A DNA stretch of 64,000 bases from Porphyridium purpureum (taxonomy: Eukaryota), in contig VRMN01000003.1 in NCBI GenBank assembly GCA_008690995.1, positions 1,922,001 through 1,986,000 of the forward strand, given 5' to 3'. Below are positions 43,926 through 53,728 of the stretch, piece after piece. A program made the position numbers and the translations under genes. The stretch's first letter is position 1, and every line of letters begins with the position of its first letter. Under the pieces are notes generated by a model, which searched no databases, was not told the DNA's origin, and saw only the letters and a list, made by a program, of their open reading frames with translations.

Positions 43926-44459
43926 ATGTTTCAGCGAAGCAAGTCGGGCCGCGTCGTCGAAGACGAATTCACGCCGGAGGAAATGGCCGCGGCCAAGAAA
44001 AAACTGGCGAAGGCAGAGGCGGCAAAGTATGACGCAACAATAAAGCTGCAGAGCTTGAAGACGCAGATGGCCGCGCAGAACTCGTTCATGACCGGGGTGG
44101 AGCATAAGAAGGACCAGATCCGGGCGTTGCAGGAGAAGACGGAGAAAGTGCGCGCAGAAGCGCAACAGATCGAAAGACAGATTGCGGAGCAAACTACAGA
44201 CGCGGATGATAAAAAGGAGCGCGACGCGGTCGTCGCCGCGTGCGAGAAAGCAGAGAACAAGAAGCGACGCGCGCTGGACGCCATCCGCGCCGAGAACAGA
44301 CGCTTGGCTGCTTACCTGGACGAGCAAGCAGACGCAATCAATCTCATGGTGCGTTTGCTCAAGGCAGCAGGCGAAACACCTTCCGTCAAAACCGCATCGG
44401 ACACGACCGACCAAGTCATGGACGTTGGCACGGTATTCGGCGCGGCGCTCACGAAGTAA
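43926..44459 (+). CDS. Hypothetical coiled-coil protein
   Basis: 177-aa K/E/A/Q-rich ORF with heptad-like pattern and a purine-rich leader. Confidence 0.65.
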   Translation: MFQRSKSGRVVEDEFTPEEMAAAKKKLAKAEAAKYDATIKLQSLKTQMAAQNSFMTGVEHKKDQIRALQEKTEKVRAEAQQIERQIAEQTTDADDKKERDAVVAACEKAENKKRRALDAIRAENRRLAAYLDEQADAINLMVRLLKAAGETPSVKTASDTTDQVMDVGTVFGAALTK

Positions 44460-44882
44460 GGCATTCAGACGTGTCTTTGAATGAAACTGGCACAAGCTAC
44501 ATGAGCCGCTGGATGCACGATCCAAATATTATTTGTGTAAGATTTACGGTCGCGTGGCGCCGTTTTCGTTTCGGAGCGTTTAGCGAGCCTCGTTCTTAAT
44601 CTTTGTTACGCCCAAGGTTTTTATGTCACAAGAGGAAAAAGAGCGTCTGTCTGCGGAATAGTGAGAGCAAGGCAAAAAGCGAGCGCTTTGCGCCACGCTG
44701 AATCAGTCAACTCAGCTATTCTTACGGCAGGCTGTAGTTGGAGCTTTCTTACCTGACGCGACTCACACGCGCACGCGGCGGGTCGAATGTGACCGGCAGG
44801 GGACACGTGATTCATTGAAATGTGAGAAATTCTGATGACTAGAATCCGTATGCTTCTTCCCGCATGACAGCACGCGACGATG

Positions 44883-45959
44883 CTATTGGGAAAGCTCTTC
44901 GTTGTACCCTTCTTCTGGGAAGACAAAGTCACCCTTCTCCTCGAGCCCGCGCATGTCAGACTTTCTCCTGCTCATGGTGCGAGTATTTTTCGGCGCTGGT
45001 ACGGCGTTAAAGCTGTCCCCGATCTCCAGTAACTGAGCAGAATACCCCTTCCAACGCGTCTCGTTTGTTGCGGTCACAAGCATGAACAAATCCTTTCCGC
45101 ACTGCACCACTGTGACGTAGCATCGCTTCGCAAGGGTGCGCATATTTGGTGTGAAAGAAACAAAGCGGAATTCGATGCGTCGCCGGCTGTCGCCAAGCAT
45201 TTTGTCACTCATAACCTTCACGTCCTCTGGTGCTCCATAAACGCCATATTTGCCGCGCTTGCTGAATACAAAATTCTGAAGAAATTCTTTCGGTATTTCT
45301 GCGAGCGCGCGTCCCTGCAAATCGACGCCAGGCGTCGCGACATTGACAAAGGCACTTTCAGCACCGTTCAGCGTACGCGCGTCGATGCCGCCCTGCGAGC
45401 AGTTATCCAAGCTAGCACAGTAACCTCCTCGGACACTGAGGCGCCACGAAGGCGGAAAGTTGAAGGAGACGAGCACGGGCGAATTGTCTGAGCCCAGCAG
45501 CTCGTCGAGCAAGGTGCCTGGCTCAAGCTCGGCACCCTTGGCGTCCACGCGAAATGATCGATACACGCCGGTGACTGCAGGACTTTTAAGGCCAAGGTTT
45601 CCGAGCCCGCCAATGGTTCCCCGCGCGCCTGGCTGGGTCTGGGGCGTAAATGGTGTCGCGAACGACTCGTCCGCGCGTGCCACACTGCCTTTCCCGCCTA
45701 TCACCGCGGAACCCAACACGACAAGCGCCGCGCGCTCCAAAAACTGCCTCCGACTCGCACTATCTCTACGACTATCCCGGCCTTCACCACGCCCTCCACG
45801 ATCACTTACCGTCTCCACGCGTGAAACGCGTTGCGCATCTCGATTCTCGGCGCAATCGCCAGCTCTGTGCGCGCGATGAGCACACACTCGCAGCGCCACC
45901 GCTCCGTGGCGCGCATCTATCGCTGACGGCACGGCCGACGGAGCGCTCACGAAAAACAT
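44883..45959 (-). CDS. Thylakoid-lumen PsbP-like domain protein
   Basis: Transit peptide, Tat motif SRRQFL, hydrophobic core, A-x-A (VARA) cleavage site; FNFPPSW and RW...IGDSF PsbP-like motifs. Confidence 0.7.
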   Translation of the reverse strand: MFFVSAPSAVPSAIDARHGAVALRVCAHRAHRAGDCAENRDAQRVSRVETVSDRGGRGEGRDSRRDSASRRQFLERAALVVLGSAVIGGKGSVARADESFATPFTPQTQPGARGTIGGLGNLGLKSPAVTGVYRSFRVDAKGAELEPGTLLDELLGSDNSPVLVSFNFPPSWRLSVRGGYCASLDNCSQGGIDARTLNGAESAFVNVATPGVDLQGRALAEIPKEFLQNFVFSKRGKYGVYGAPEDVKVMSDKMLGDSRRRIEFRFVSFTPNMRTLAKRCYVTVVQCGKDLFMLVTATNETRWKGYSAQLLEIGDSFNAVPAPKNTRTMSRRKSDMRGLEEKGDFVFPEEGYNEELSQ

Positions 45960-46441
45960 GGCCGCACAACGTCCTCCGTACCTTTGCGCCGTCTTGTCCT
46001 TCTCGTCCTCCCGCACCCTCTGCTGTCCCTCTGCCGCTCCCACTTTCCACCCCTTACAATCTCGGAGATGAATAGATCAAATGATAAGGTACAGTTTACT
46101 GTACTATAACAAGACCACATGCGATTCGGCTCCTTGTCAGAGGTGGGTTCGAGGAGAGAAAGAAACTCGGCGACCGCGCAGGTAGTTGAGAATATACAGG
46201 CCACACTGGCGCCGCGCTCCGGTTTGCAGAAAGCCGCACGCCGAGAACGGCTCGTTGAACAATCACAGAAGTGCGCGCGGCGTGTACACAAAGAGGCCTG
46301 ACGGCGTGGACGACGGAAGAACTAATGCGATAAGGAGACGCAGAGACAAAGAGATCAAGAGACACGAGCTCAAGGTGGATCCTGAGAGTGCTAAAGAGAG
46401 CGAGAGAGAATCGAAGAAGAGCGACGTTCAGCCGTGATACA

Positions 46442-47179
46442 ATGGAGCTGGTGTATATTGGAGTGCGCGCACGCGCAGAGACGATTCGCATGGTGTTGAG
46501 GCACGTGGGAATGCCGTTCAAGGACACGGTGCTGACAGACAGTGAAGGCATTGCGCAGGCCAAGCTGGGTGCTCCCATGGAAAAGTTTCCGATTCTCATT
46601 TTGAACAGCGACGCTCACGAAGAGTCACCTAGCAGTGGGGCTGGTGGAGGGGCACAAGTCATCACGCTATTTGAAAGCGGTGCTATCGCAAGGTATATTG
46701 GTTCGCAAACAGGCTTGTATCCTATTGCTACGCAGCCCTTGGTCGCAGCACACACAGACGGCATTTTTGACGTTGCTCAGCACCTGATGCAGATCAATAC
46801 CGTGGTGAATGTGTACTCAGGCAATACGTTTGAAACTGAAAAGAGCGCAGTCTTTGAAAAGATTAACGCGCAGTTTCCAAAGTTGGAGAGAATCATTCAA
46901 TCATCGCCCACGGGATTCTTCTCAGCGGATAAGCCTCTCATTGGCGATTTCCACATGTTTTATCTGCTCGATCAAATCATACTGCTCGAAACGACGTTTC
47001 TTAGCAGGACATTTCCGGCCCTGTACGCGTTCTATAAGCGCATGTTGGTTTCATCCCTAGGACTGCGATCCTATCTGGTCGAGCGTGCACGTGTCGGGAC
47101 TGTTGGCTTCGACAAGAGTTTCATTCGAACTAAGGCAGTCGAAATACCTTACGATTCACTCATCATGGAACAGCATTAG
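46442..47179 (+). CDS. Glutathione S-transferase (sigma/alpha-like)
   Basis: LVYIGVRARAETIRMVL, FPIL, ESGAIARYIG, IGDF. Confidence 0.88.
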   Translation: MELVYIGVRARAETIRMVLRHVGMPFKDTVLTDSEGIAQAKLGAPMEKFPILILNSDAHEESPSSGAGGGAQVITLFESGAIARYIGSQTGLYPIATQPLVAAHTDGIFDVAQHLMQINTVVNVYSGNTFETEKSAVFEKINAQFPKLERIIQSSPTGFFSADKPLIGDFHMFYLLDQIILLETTFLSRTFPALYAFYKRMLVSSLGLRSYLVERARVGTVGFDKSFIRTKAVEIPYDSLIMEQH

Positions 47180-47388
47180 TGCTGCGGTCGGTCCTTCGAC
47201 AGCGCTGAGCGGAAAACACACAAGTGACAAGTGTGCGAAGTTATCGGGACCGTCTCTTAGTGTCGAGGATAAACGAGTCATCCTTTTGTGTTTCGCGCTC
47301 TTTTGCTTGTGGAGTAGATATCAATATTGAAATCGAAGCTCTCACCGCGAAGCTTTAGAGGTATGAGTTTGTCATGCTGTCGGTTGTT

Positions 47389-48021
47389 TCATTGATTATT
47401 GTGACCGCCAGGCTCTGCGTCTCCCTCCTGAGTTTCGGACGAGACGCTGTCGTGCTGTAAAGAGTCCACAAGAATCTCAAGCTGACCTTGAATGAATCTC
47501 AAGCAGTCGCCTACCACGGCACGATTCGGGTCGCTCCCACTGCTCCAGTGCTGCAGAAAGTCGTCAACACGCTCGCGCAAGTCTGTGTCGACTGCAGAGG
47601 CCATCAGAGGTAAATCAAGTCGCTGCACGCCGGATTCTGGAACCACGTACTCATGGAAGGTGTGTGCATGCTGTAAAATGCTCGTCAAGACATCCTTAAA
47701 TGCCGGATGCTCGAGAATGTAAATGCGCGCTCGATTCACACGGTCCGAGTCGGCCGTGAACACATACTCTCTGGCCATTTCGCAAACCACCGGCGACTCG
47801 TGCGAGTACAGGCACGGCACGAGGCCCATTCCGTACAAGACCTTGCAAAATGCCACCAGGTAAACATTCAGCTGGCTGTTTGCGCGCCATGCAAGCCGCC
47901 TCCCAACGACGACATAAAATCGCTGCACTGTTTCCATCTCAAGGCTGCTCTCATTCACCCGTGCCAACCGAAAGCAAGCACACGCACACACATTCACACA
48001 CACTCCCCTGTGTGATGTCAT
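47389..48021 (-). CDS. Hypothetical protein
   Basis: 210-aa ORF between GST and PP4 (start may be ATG 47937); no recognised motif. Confidence 0.45.
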   Translation of the reverse strand: MTSHRGVCVNVCACACFRLARVNESSLEMETVQRFYVVVGRRLAWRANSQLNVYLVAFCKVLYGMGLVPCLYSHESPVVCEMAREYVFTADSDRVNRARIYILEHPAFKDVLTSILQHAHTFHEYVVPESGVQRLDLPLMASAVDTDLRERVDDFLQHWSSGSDPNRAVVGDCLRFIQGQLEILVDSLQHDSVSSETQEGDAEPGGHNNQ

Positions 48022-48649
48022 TCACTCATCAGTCCGCCACCCCATGTCTAACCTTTACAAAGTACTTCAACCCGCGGGTTCGGTCAGTTCATTTTGCGGG
48101 CCGCAACAGTGCGCCGTCTCTTCTTCGCACGCAGCCACTCAGACCTTTTGCGCGGGTGTAAAAAGCAAAGCTGCGCGCAGTAGTTCTGGTCTACAGAGCA
48201 GCGCAGTCCCAGTCGCTCAACCTCTTCTGAACCATTTCGCAACGCACATACCATCGCAATCCGGAGCCGTGACATCGTGCCGACATGGACTTCTCGCGCG
48301 TGCAGAATGTGTGCTCCGCTGTACCGTCCCAAACCGATCACACTAGCCGTACAAACCGAATTAACCGTATGAACCGTATGAACCGTTTGTGTGTGGATTG
48401 CGGAAGAGGGAAGGACGAAGAGCGAGAGTCACGGTCAGGACGCAACGACGCGGTGAGGCTGGGTTGCGTGCTGGCAGGGCAAGAAGGCCGTTGGAAGGCA
48501 AGCCCGTACGCGTCTCGAGGGTTCCGCTGCCAGTGCGTGTGTGTGTGCGGGATTATCGGCGCGGTGTGGGGTGGTCTTGCTGCTGGTGGGCGGGTTTGGG
48601 TTTTGAAGGAGGATTCGGTCTGTGGGTGTGTGCGAGCGATAGGGGAGCA

Positions 48650-49573
48650 ATGGCGGGCGCGGCGGATTTGGAGCGGTGGTTAGAAAAGCTAAAGAACTGC
48701 GAGCACTTGACAGAGCTCGAAGTGCGTTTGCTGTGCGCAAAGGCACGCGAAATTTTGATCGAGGAAGCGAACGTTCAAATCATCAACGGCCCGGTCACGA
48801 TTGCGGGTGATATTCATGGTCAGTTCTATGACCTCATGGAGCTGTTTCGCGTCGGCGGCGACGTGCCCGACACAAAATACTTATTCTTGGGTGACTTTGT
48901 CGATCGTGGCTACTTTTCGGTCGAATCGTTTTTGCTGCTTCTTGTGCTCAAAGTACGTTGGCCTGACCGCGTGAGCTTGATTCGCGGCAACCATGAAAGT
49001 CGTCAAATCACGCAGGTGTACGGATTTTATGACGAGTGCCTCCGCAAGTATGGGACGGCCAACGTATGGAGATATTGTACAGAAGTGTTTGACTATTTAT
49101 CACTTGGTGCGCTGATCAATGGCCGCGTGTTTTGCCTGCACGGTGGTTTGTCGCCCAGCATCACTGATATTGACCAGATACGAGCCATTGATCGCAAGCA
49201 AGAAGTGCCGCACGACGGCGCCATGTGCGACTTGATGTGGAGCGACCCGGAGGACATCGAAGGATGGGCCCTGTCCCCGCGCGGAGCCGGATATTTGTTT
49301 GGTGCAAGCGTCGTGAAGCAGTTTAATCACGCCAATCAGCTCGAACTTATCGCGCGCGCACATCAGCTCGTCATGGAAGGCTACAAGCTCATGTTCGACA
49401 ACACGGTGGTCACGGTGTGGAGCGCCCCGAACTACTGCTACCGGTGTGGTAACGTGGCTGCGATTCTGCATTTGGATGAGAATCTCAACCGAAACTTCCA
49501 AGTTTTCCAGGACGCCCCGCAGGATGAGCGAAGCACACCGTCGAAGCATCCTTCTGTAGAATACTTTCTTTAG
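48650..49573 (+). CDS. PPP4C: Ser/Thr protein phosphatase 4 catalytic subunit (PP2A family)
   Basis: [45 protein letters not shown]-terminal YFL. Confidence 0.9.
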   Translation: MAGAADLERWLEKLKNCEHLTELEVRLLCAKAREILIEEANVQIINGPVTIAGDIHGQFYDLMELFRVGGDVPDTKYLFLGDFVDRGYFSVESFLLLLVLKVRWPDRVSLIRGNHESRQITQVYGFYDECLRKYGTANVWRYCTEVFDYLSLGALINGRVFCLHGGLSPSITDIDQIRAIDRKQEVPHDGAMCDLMWSDPEDIEGWALSPRGAGYLFGASVVKQFNHANQLELIARAHQLVMEGYKLMFDNTVVTVWSAPNYCYRCGNVAAILHLDENLNRNFQVFQDAPQDERSTPSKHPSVEYFL

Positions 49574-49612
49574 CCGTCTGCAAGAATGACATGGTTCTCA
49601 GCCACCATCGCC

Positions 49613-50269
49613 TCAAGGTTCTTTGGTTTGGCGTGAAGAAGAATTGTTCCTAAAAGTCGATTCCAAGTTTCCCTCTGGCGGTATGCTCACTACTGGCGGC
49701 GCAACGCCGCTCACAGCGGCCCACGAGCCTTGATTCTCCAGCTTCCAAGCCATCCGTTCACATGTCGAAAGATCCAAGAAATCAACGCTGGACGGACACA
49801 AGACGCCCACAACAAAGGACTCTGGAATGGCGCCGTTTGCAGCTTGATACGCAGCTTCCTGTGCAGCAAATTCTGCCCCACGACTGCTGCGCGCCAGTCC
49901 TCCCGCATAGAAGAACTGACTCTGTGCGCCGCCGCGTCCGAGCGAGCTCCAGACGCGTTGTCGCGTCAATGCCAACCACCCAGCGTCCGTCGTGTCATCC
50001 ACGTACTTAATATCGCCGGCGAAGCGCATTTGAACCATGGTTGATTCATTCCAGGACACGATCTCGACCGCGTCGCTGTCGCGCTCTTGCACCTTGCGGC
50101 TGTGTTTGCTTGTCTTGATGCATAGCGCGAGCCGAGTGGTCTCAGGGTCAGTTGCAAAGCCCTGGAAAAGGACCGTCCGCGCGCACGGTTTCTGACGCTG
50201 GATCGTGCTGAGCGTGATGCACGACGCCATGTGGCGCTCGGCAAGTGCACTGAAAGGACAACTCGCCAT
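49613..50269 (-). CDS. Pyridoxamine 5'-phosphate oxidase-like FMN-binding protein
   Basis: LSTI...PCARTVLFQGF, SRKV, QMRFAG, VDFLDL. Confidence 0.72.
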   Translation of the reverse strand: MASCPFSALAERHMASCITLSTIQRQKPCARTVLFQGFATDPETTRLALCIKTSKHSRKVQERDSDAVEIVSWNESTMVQMRFAGDIKYVDDTTDAGWLALTRQRVWSSLGRGGAQSQFFYAGGLARSSRGAEFAAQEAAYQAANGAIPESFVVGVLCPSSVDFLDLSTCERMAWKLENQGSWAAVSGVAPPVVSIPPEGNLESTFRNNSSSRQTKEP

Positions 50270-52513
50270 CCAGTATGCACGAGCACTTGAACAGGTGACG
50301 AAATCAGGCCTGCGAGAAAGCCTTCAGCCTTTTCGGGATTCAAGCATCGTCCCAGCAATGCCTTGAAGTTTGAAAACCTGCCACAACGTAACCTCAGTAG
50401 AGTAGGTTCTGGGCAACGCAAGGTCCTTTGCAGGACGACTTGTTTTTTCTCCGAATAATTTTTACAATAGACTTACTCTTCGGGTATCGGCTCAAGGCCG
50501 CTGCTTTTGAAATCTCGGCATCTGACGACGCGCGGCGCGAAAAGCTCCCTCAGGCTCACTACCGGTGCGCTCGATTGCCTTTGGATGCCAGTATCTACTG
50601 TGGCCAAGCGCGACCCGTACACCCGGTGGCTGTCTGGACCGTGGGATAAGCTGGTATCCCGCGTGCCACTGGTACTGGGTCCAAATGTTCTTGACCGCAC
50701 ACAGAAGTGTTCGCAACCTTCTTCTTCTTCAGTCTGTGCGTACTGCCGCTCTGTCGTAGCTCGGATCAGCGTCCATCCCGACGTTTGCGACGTGGGGTAG
50801 AATAATGTCGTCCCCTGTTTGGTTTCTGTACTCTCGGCTCTTGCGAAAATCATCCCGGCGTTCTTGTGCCTATTATCTGTGCGATCAACTCCCTGCTCTT
50901 GCATTCGAGAAGACGCGTATGTAGCAAAGTCTCAGCTCTGGCAGGCTCATTGCCGGAAGCCACACCGATACTCCCCACCCTCGGGCTCCACTAGTCTTAT
51001 ATAGCCAGTTCGGATGTCGCGATCACCATGTCCGGTTGCACCATAGTATGGATTCAAGTTCAAGCAGCATCACGAGTCCGACACCAGGCTTACATGTTCG
51101 CGATGCTCTTTCATTTTGCTTTCCCAACGCGTCTCTCATTCCATCTTGAAACTCATGTTTCTCCGCCTGCTGGCAGGCACACAAACAAGCACGCAAGGTG
51201 TCCCGCCGGCTGTTTGGCAGGCACGCCGCTTCATCATTTTCCCAGTGGTGCGGCGGATACCATCGCTCACTATCTAGCCGCCGCTTTGCCGTTCGGCCAT
51301 TCAACTATTTTCTGTCTCGCGAATGCCTTTGGTGTGCTCATTCTCCGCACCTGCCGCAAGTTGCACGTTGCCAAGCTGGCTTACTCACTTTCTACGTAGG
51401 CACCCCACAAATGTCGAACATACTCACTGCGAACGACAATCTCCTGCCATCAATAGACGGGGCCAAGCGTTGAGCCACCGCCGAAAAAGCAACGCAGACA
51501 TATGCACTACGCTTAAATTCATTCATTTTCGTGCGTCCCACCTCGCCACCTTTTTTTTTTCCTTCCCTCCTTTTCCATCCGAGATCTGACTGAGTTTAGC
51601 GGAGTTTATGAGTTTATCTGACCGAAACCGTTCGTTCATGCGTTGATCTCGTTCAGACTGAACTGCTTCAGATAGAGTGAACAAAGGCCGAGCGCAAGAA
51701 AAAGCGAACAACGAGAGATTAAGTCGCGCGTTGGTTGCTTGCTTGCCTGCGTGCAGAAGATGATGATCGTGCGGTGTGGAGCGCGATACGGTTGATGTAT
51801 TCTACCCCACAACAGAACAAGTCACATGTTCGCTGAAAAGTACGGTTCCGATGGGAAGGTTTAATGGCGTTGCCCTGCACATGCTCACACGCTCATGCGC
51901 ACGCCGCCTTGATGGGTGTTGAGGCAACACGGATGGCGGGATTGAGCTGAGGCTGTCCGAAGGGAAGCTAGACAGTGGGTTGTAGAGGCAAGGATTCCGT
52001 GTGCGTTGGGAGGCTGCTGCATTCAAGAAGAACTTAGCTGGCGCGAAATTTTTGGAGTGTTATCTTCGCCTCCGCTGCTGCTGGATAGACGCGGTAGGTC
52101 TTGGTGCTGGTGGCTGGAGGGAAGGAGTGTTCTATCATCCAGGCACAGAGGTGTGGCGATTGAGCGTTAAAAATTATGTACGTGCTTTCTTCCGACGAAG
52201 AAGTTTACGGGTGCGGAAAATCTTGAGTTTCAACTTGCCCTTTTCCCGAAGGAGCAGATACGGTCGGTCCACGGCGTGGAAGTCCTCCCGGCCTGCTCGT
52301 CCATGCAGAGAATGGCTCCAGTGAGGCTGAACGAGAGGGCTTTGAGATCGCCGCTTTATTACTAAAATGCCTGCGCTGTCTAACTAGCACTTGCCACGCC
52401 TGACGGCAGGTGGCCGACGCTTCCGCGCAGCGTAACACGCCGCTCCCATCAGCGGCACGAAAGTCGAGCGTAGTGGCTTGCGGGGACTGGAGCAAACAAG
52501 TGCCCAGGCGCGC

Positions 52514-52819
52514 CTACTCGTCGCTCTTGCTGCTAGCCCCGGCTTTGCGGGCTTCCGACTGGATGTAGAGGATGACGAGGAAGGCAACGGGAACGAAGGT
52601 GCCCAAGAGCACGGCCAGGTACGCAGGAAAGGAGACGGACATACCGCCGCCTTCCGCAAGCAGCACCATGTTGTTCGACGTGGCGCCCAGATCGAAGTTC
52701 ATGGCCACCTTGCGCGAGCCCGCGGGCACGGCCACTGCGGCGCGCTTCGACGCCACGGCCAGTCGGTTGTTCTGGTTCACACGCGCCGAGATCGGCGATC
52801 CGCTCACGAATCCGTACAT
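52514..52819 (-). CDS. psbM: Photosystem II subunit PsbM, nucleus-encoded precursor
   Basis: MYGFV transit peptide followed by MSVSFPAYLAVLLGTFVPVAFLVILYIQS single TM helix. Confidence 0.78.
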   Translation of the reverse strand: MYGFVSGSPISARVNQNNRLAVASKRAAVAVPAGSRKVAMNFDLGATSNNMVLLAEGGGMSVSFPAYLAVLLGTFVPVAFLVILYIQSEARKAGASSKSDE

Positions 52820-52951
52820 GATGATTTCAAGGTTCGACCCACGCTAAACTCACCCAACTCTATGTCCCCTTCCTCACGTGCGCCGGCCAGTTCCTGCCCT
52901 CGATGCTCCTCCTTCTCCGCTTTCGTCCGCTCCAGTTCAGCTACACCTCGC

Positions 52952-53728
52952 CTTTAAATTCTCGCACGCTTGATGATGACAAGCGCACGAGCCCGGATGA
53001 CACAACCCTTCTCAGATGACCGAACCCCAGCAACACGACGCACACAACACAGACGACGAATACCCGGGGCGTGGAAAATCCAACGTATAGGGCCTCTACT
53101 ATTGCCTTTCGCGTCGGCACAGACAGCACCGGTCTCGACAGGGGCAGGGTGTCGTAACGGACAAAGCCGCCGTCTGCCTTCAGTGCTCTAAGAGCACCGA
53201 AACCCCCCAGACACGATGTGCTGCTGGCTCTGCTACACAGGCTCAGCAAAAGGCCCCACGCCTTCCGACGACCACGCCCAGGCACCCGACACCAAAGAAC
53301 AACTCTTCCTTTTATTCTCTGTGTCCTACTCCCTTGCCTCTCCTTCTTCCGCTCTAAAGAAAATCCGGGGAACCGCACAGGCCCGCGCCCATTATATACC
53401 CCGCCGTCCTTGCTGTCCTTGACGCGGAAGGGAGAAATTATTTCTCCCAAAGGCTGGGCTTTCCTCCGTTCGTTCCACAGAACGAAGCCACAGCCAGCCA
53501 CGTCAGCAAGCGGCTCAATGGGTGCTGGCCGGCCGCCAAGCGGCTCCTGCTTCCCTCGGACACGCGACTCCGGCTCCTCGGGGCGAAAGACAACAATGCA
53601 CAAACCAGAGGTACAGGGTAAAAAACCACGTGGGCGAAAAAGCCCCTGTACCTCAAACAATTCCGAGACGCCGTACCTCCGGGTGTACACCCAGGGCGTC
53701 TCTCGGACCGGAACACTTTTAATCCATG
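52952..53728 (-). repeat. 3' LTR (777 bp) of the atypical element
   Basis: Direct repeat of 58114-58890 (offset 5162); TATATAA on the minus strand near 53394-53399. Confidence 0.92.

Noticed and set aside
48345..48388. Short (AACCGTATG)-like tandem repeat
   Set aside because: Only 4-5 degenerate units; no supportable function
50430..52500. Two-kb region without a confident gene
   Set aside because: Only short overlapping ORFs; no tRNA or ncRNA structure could be supported by eye
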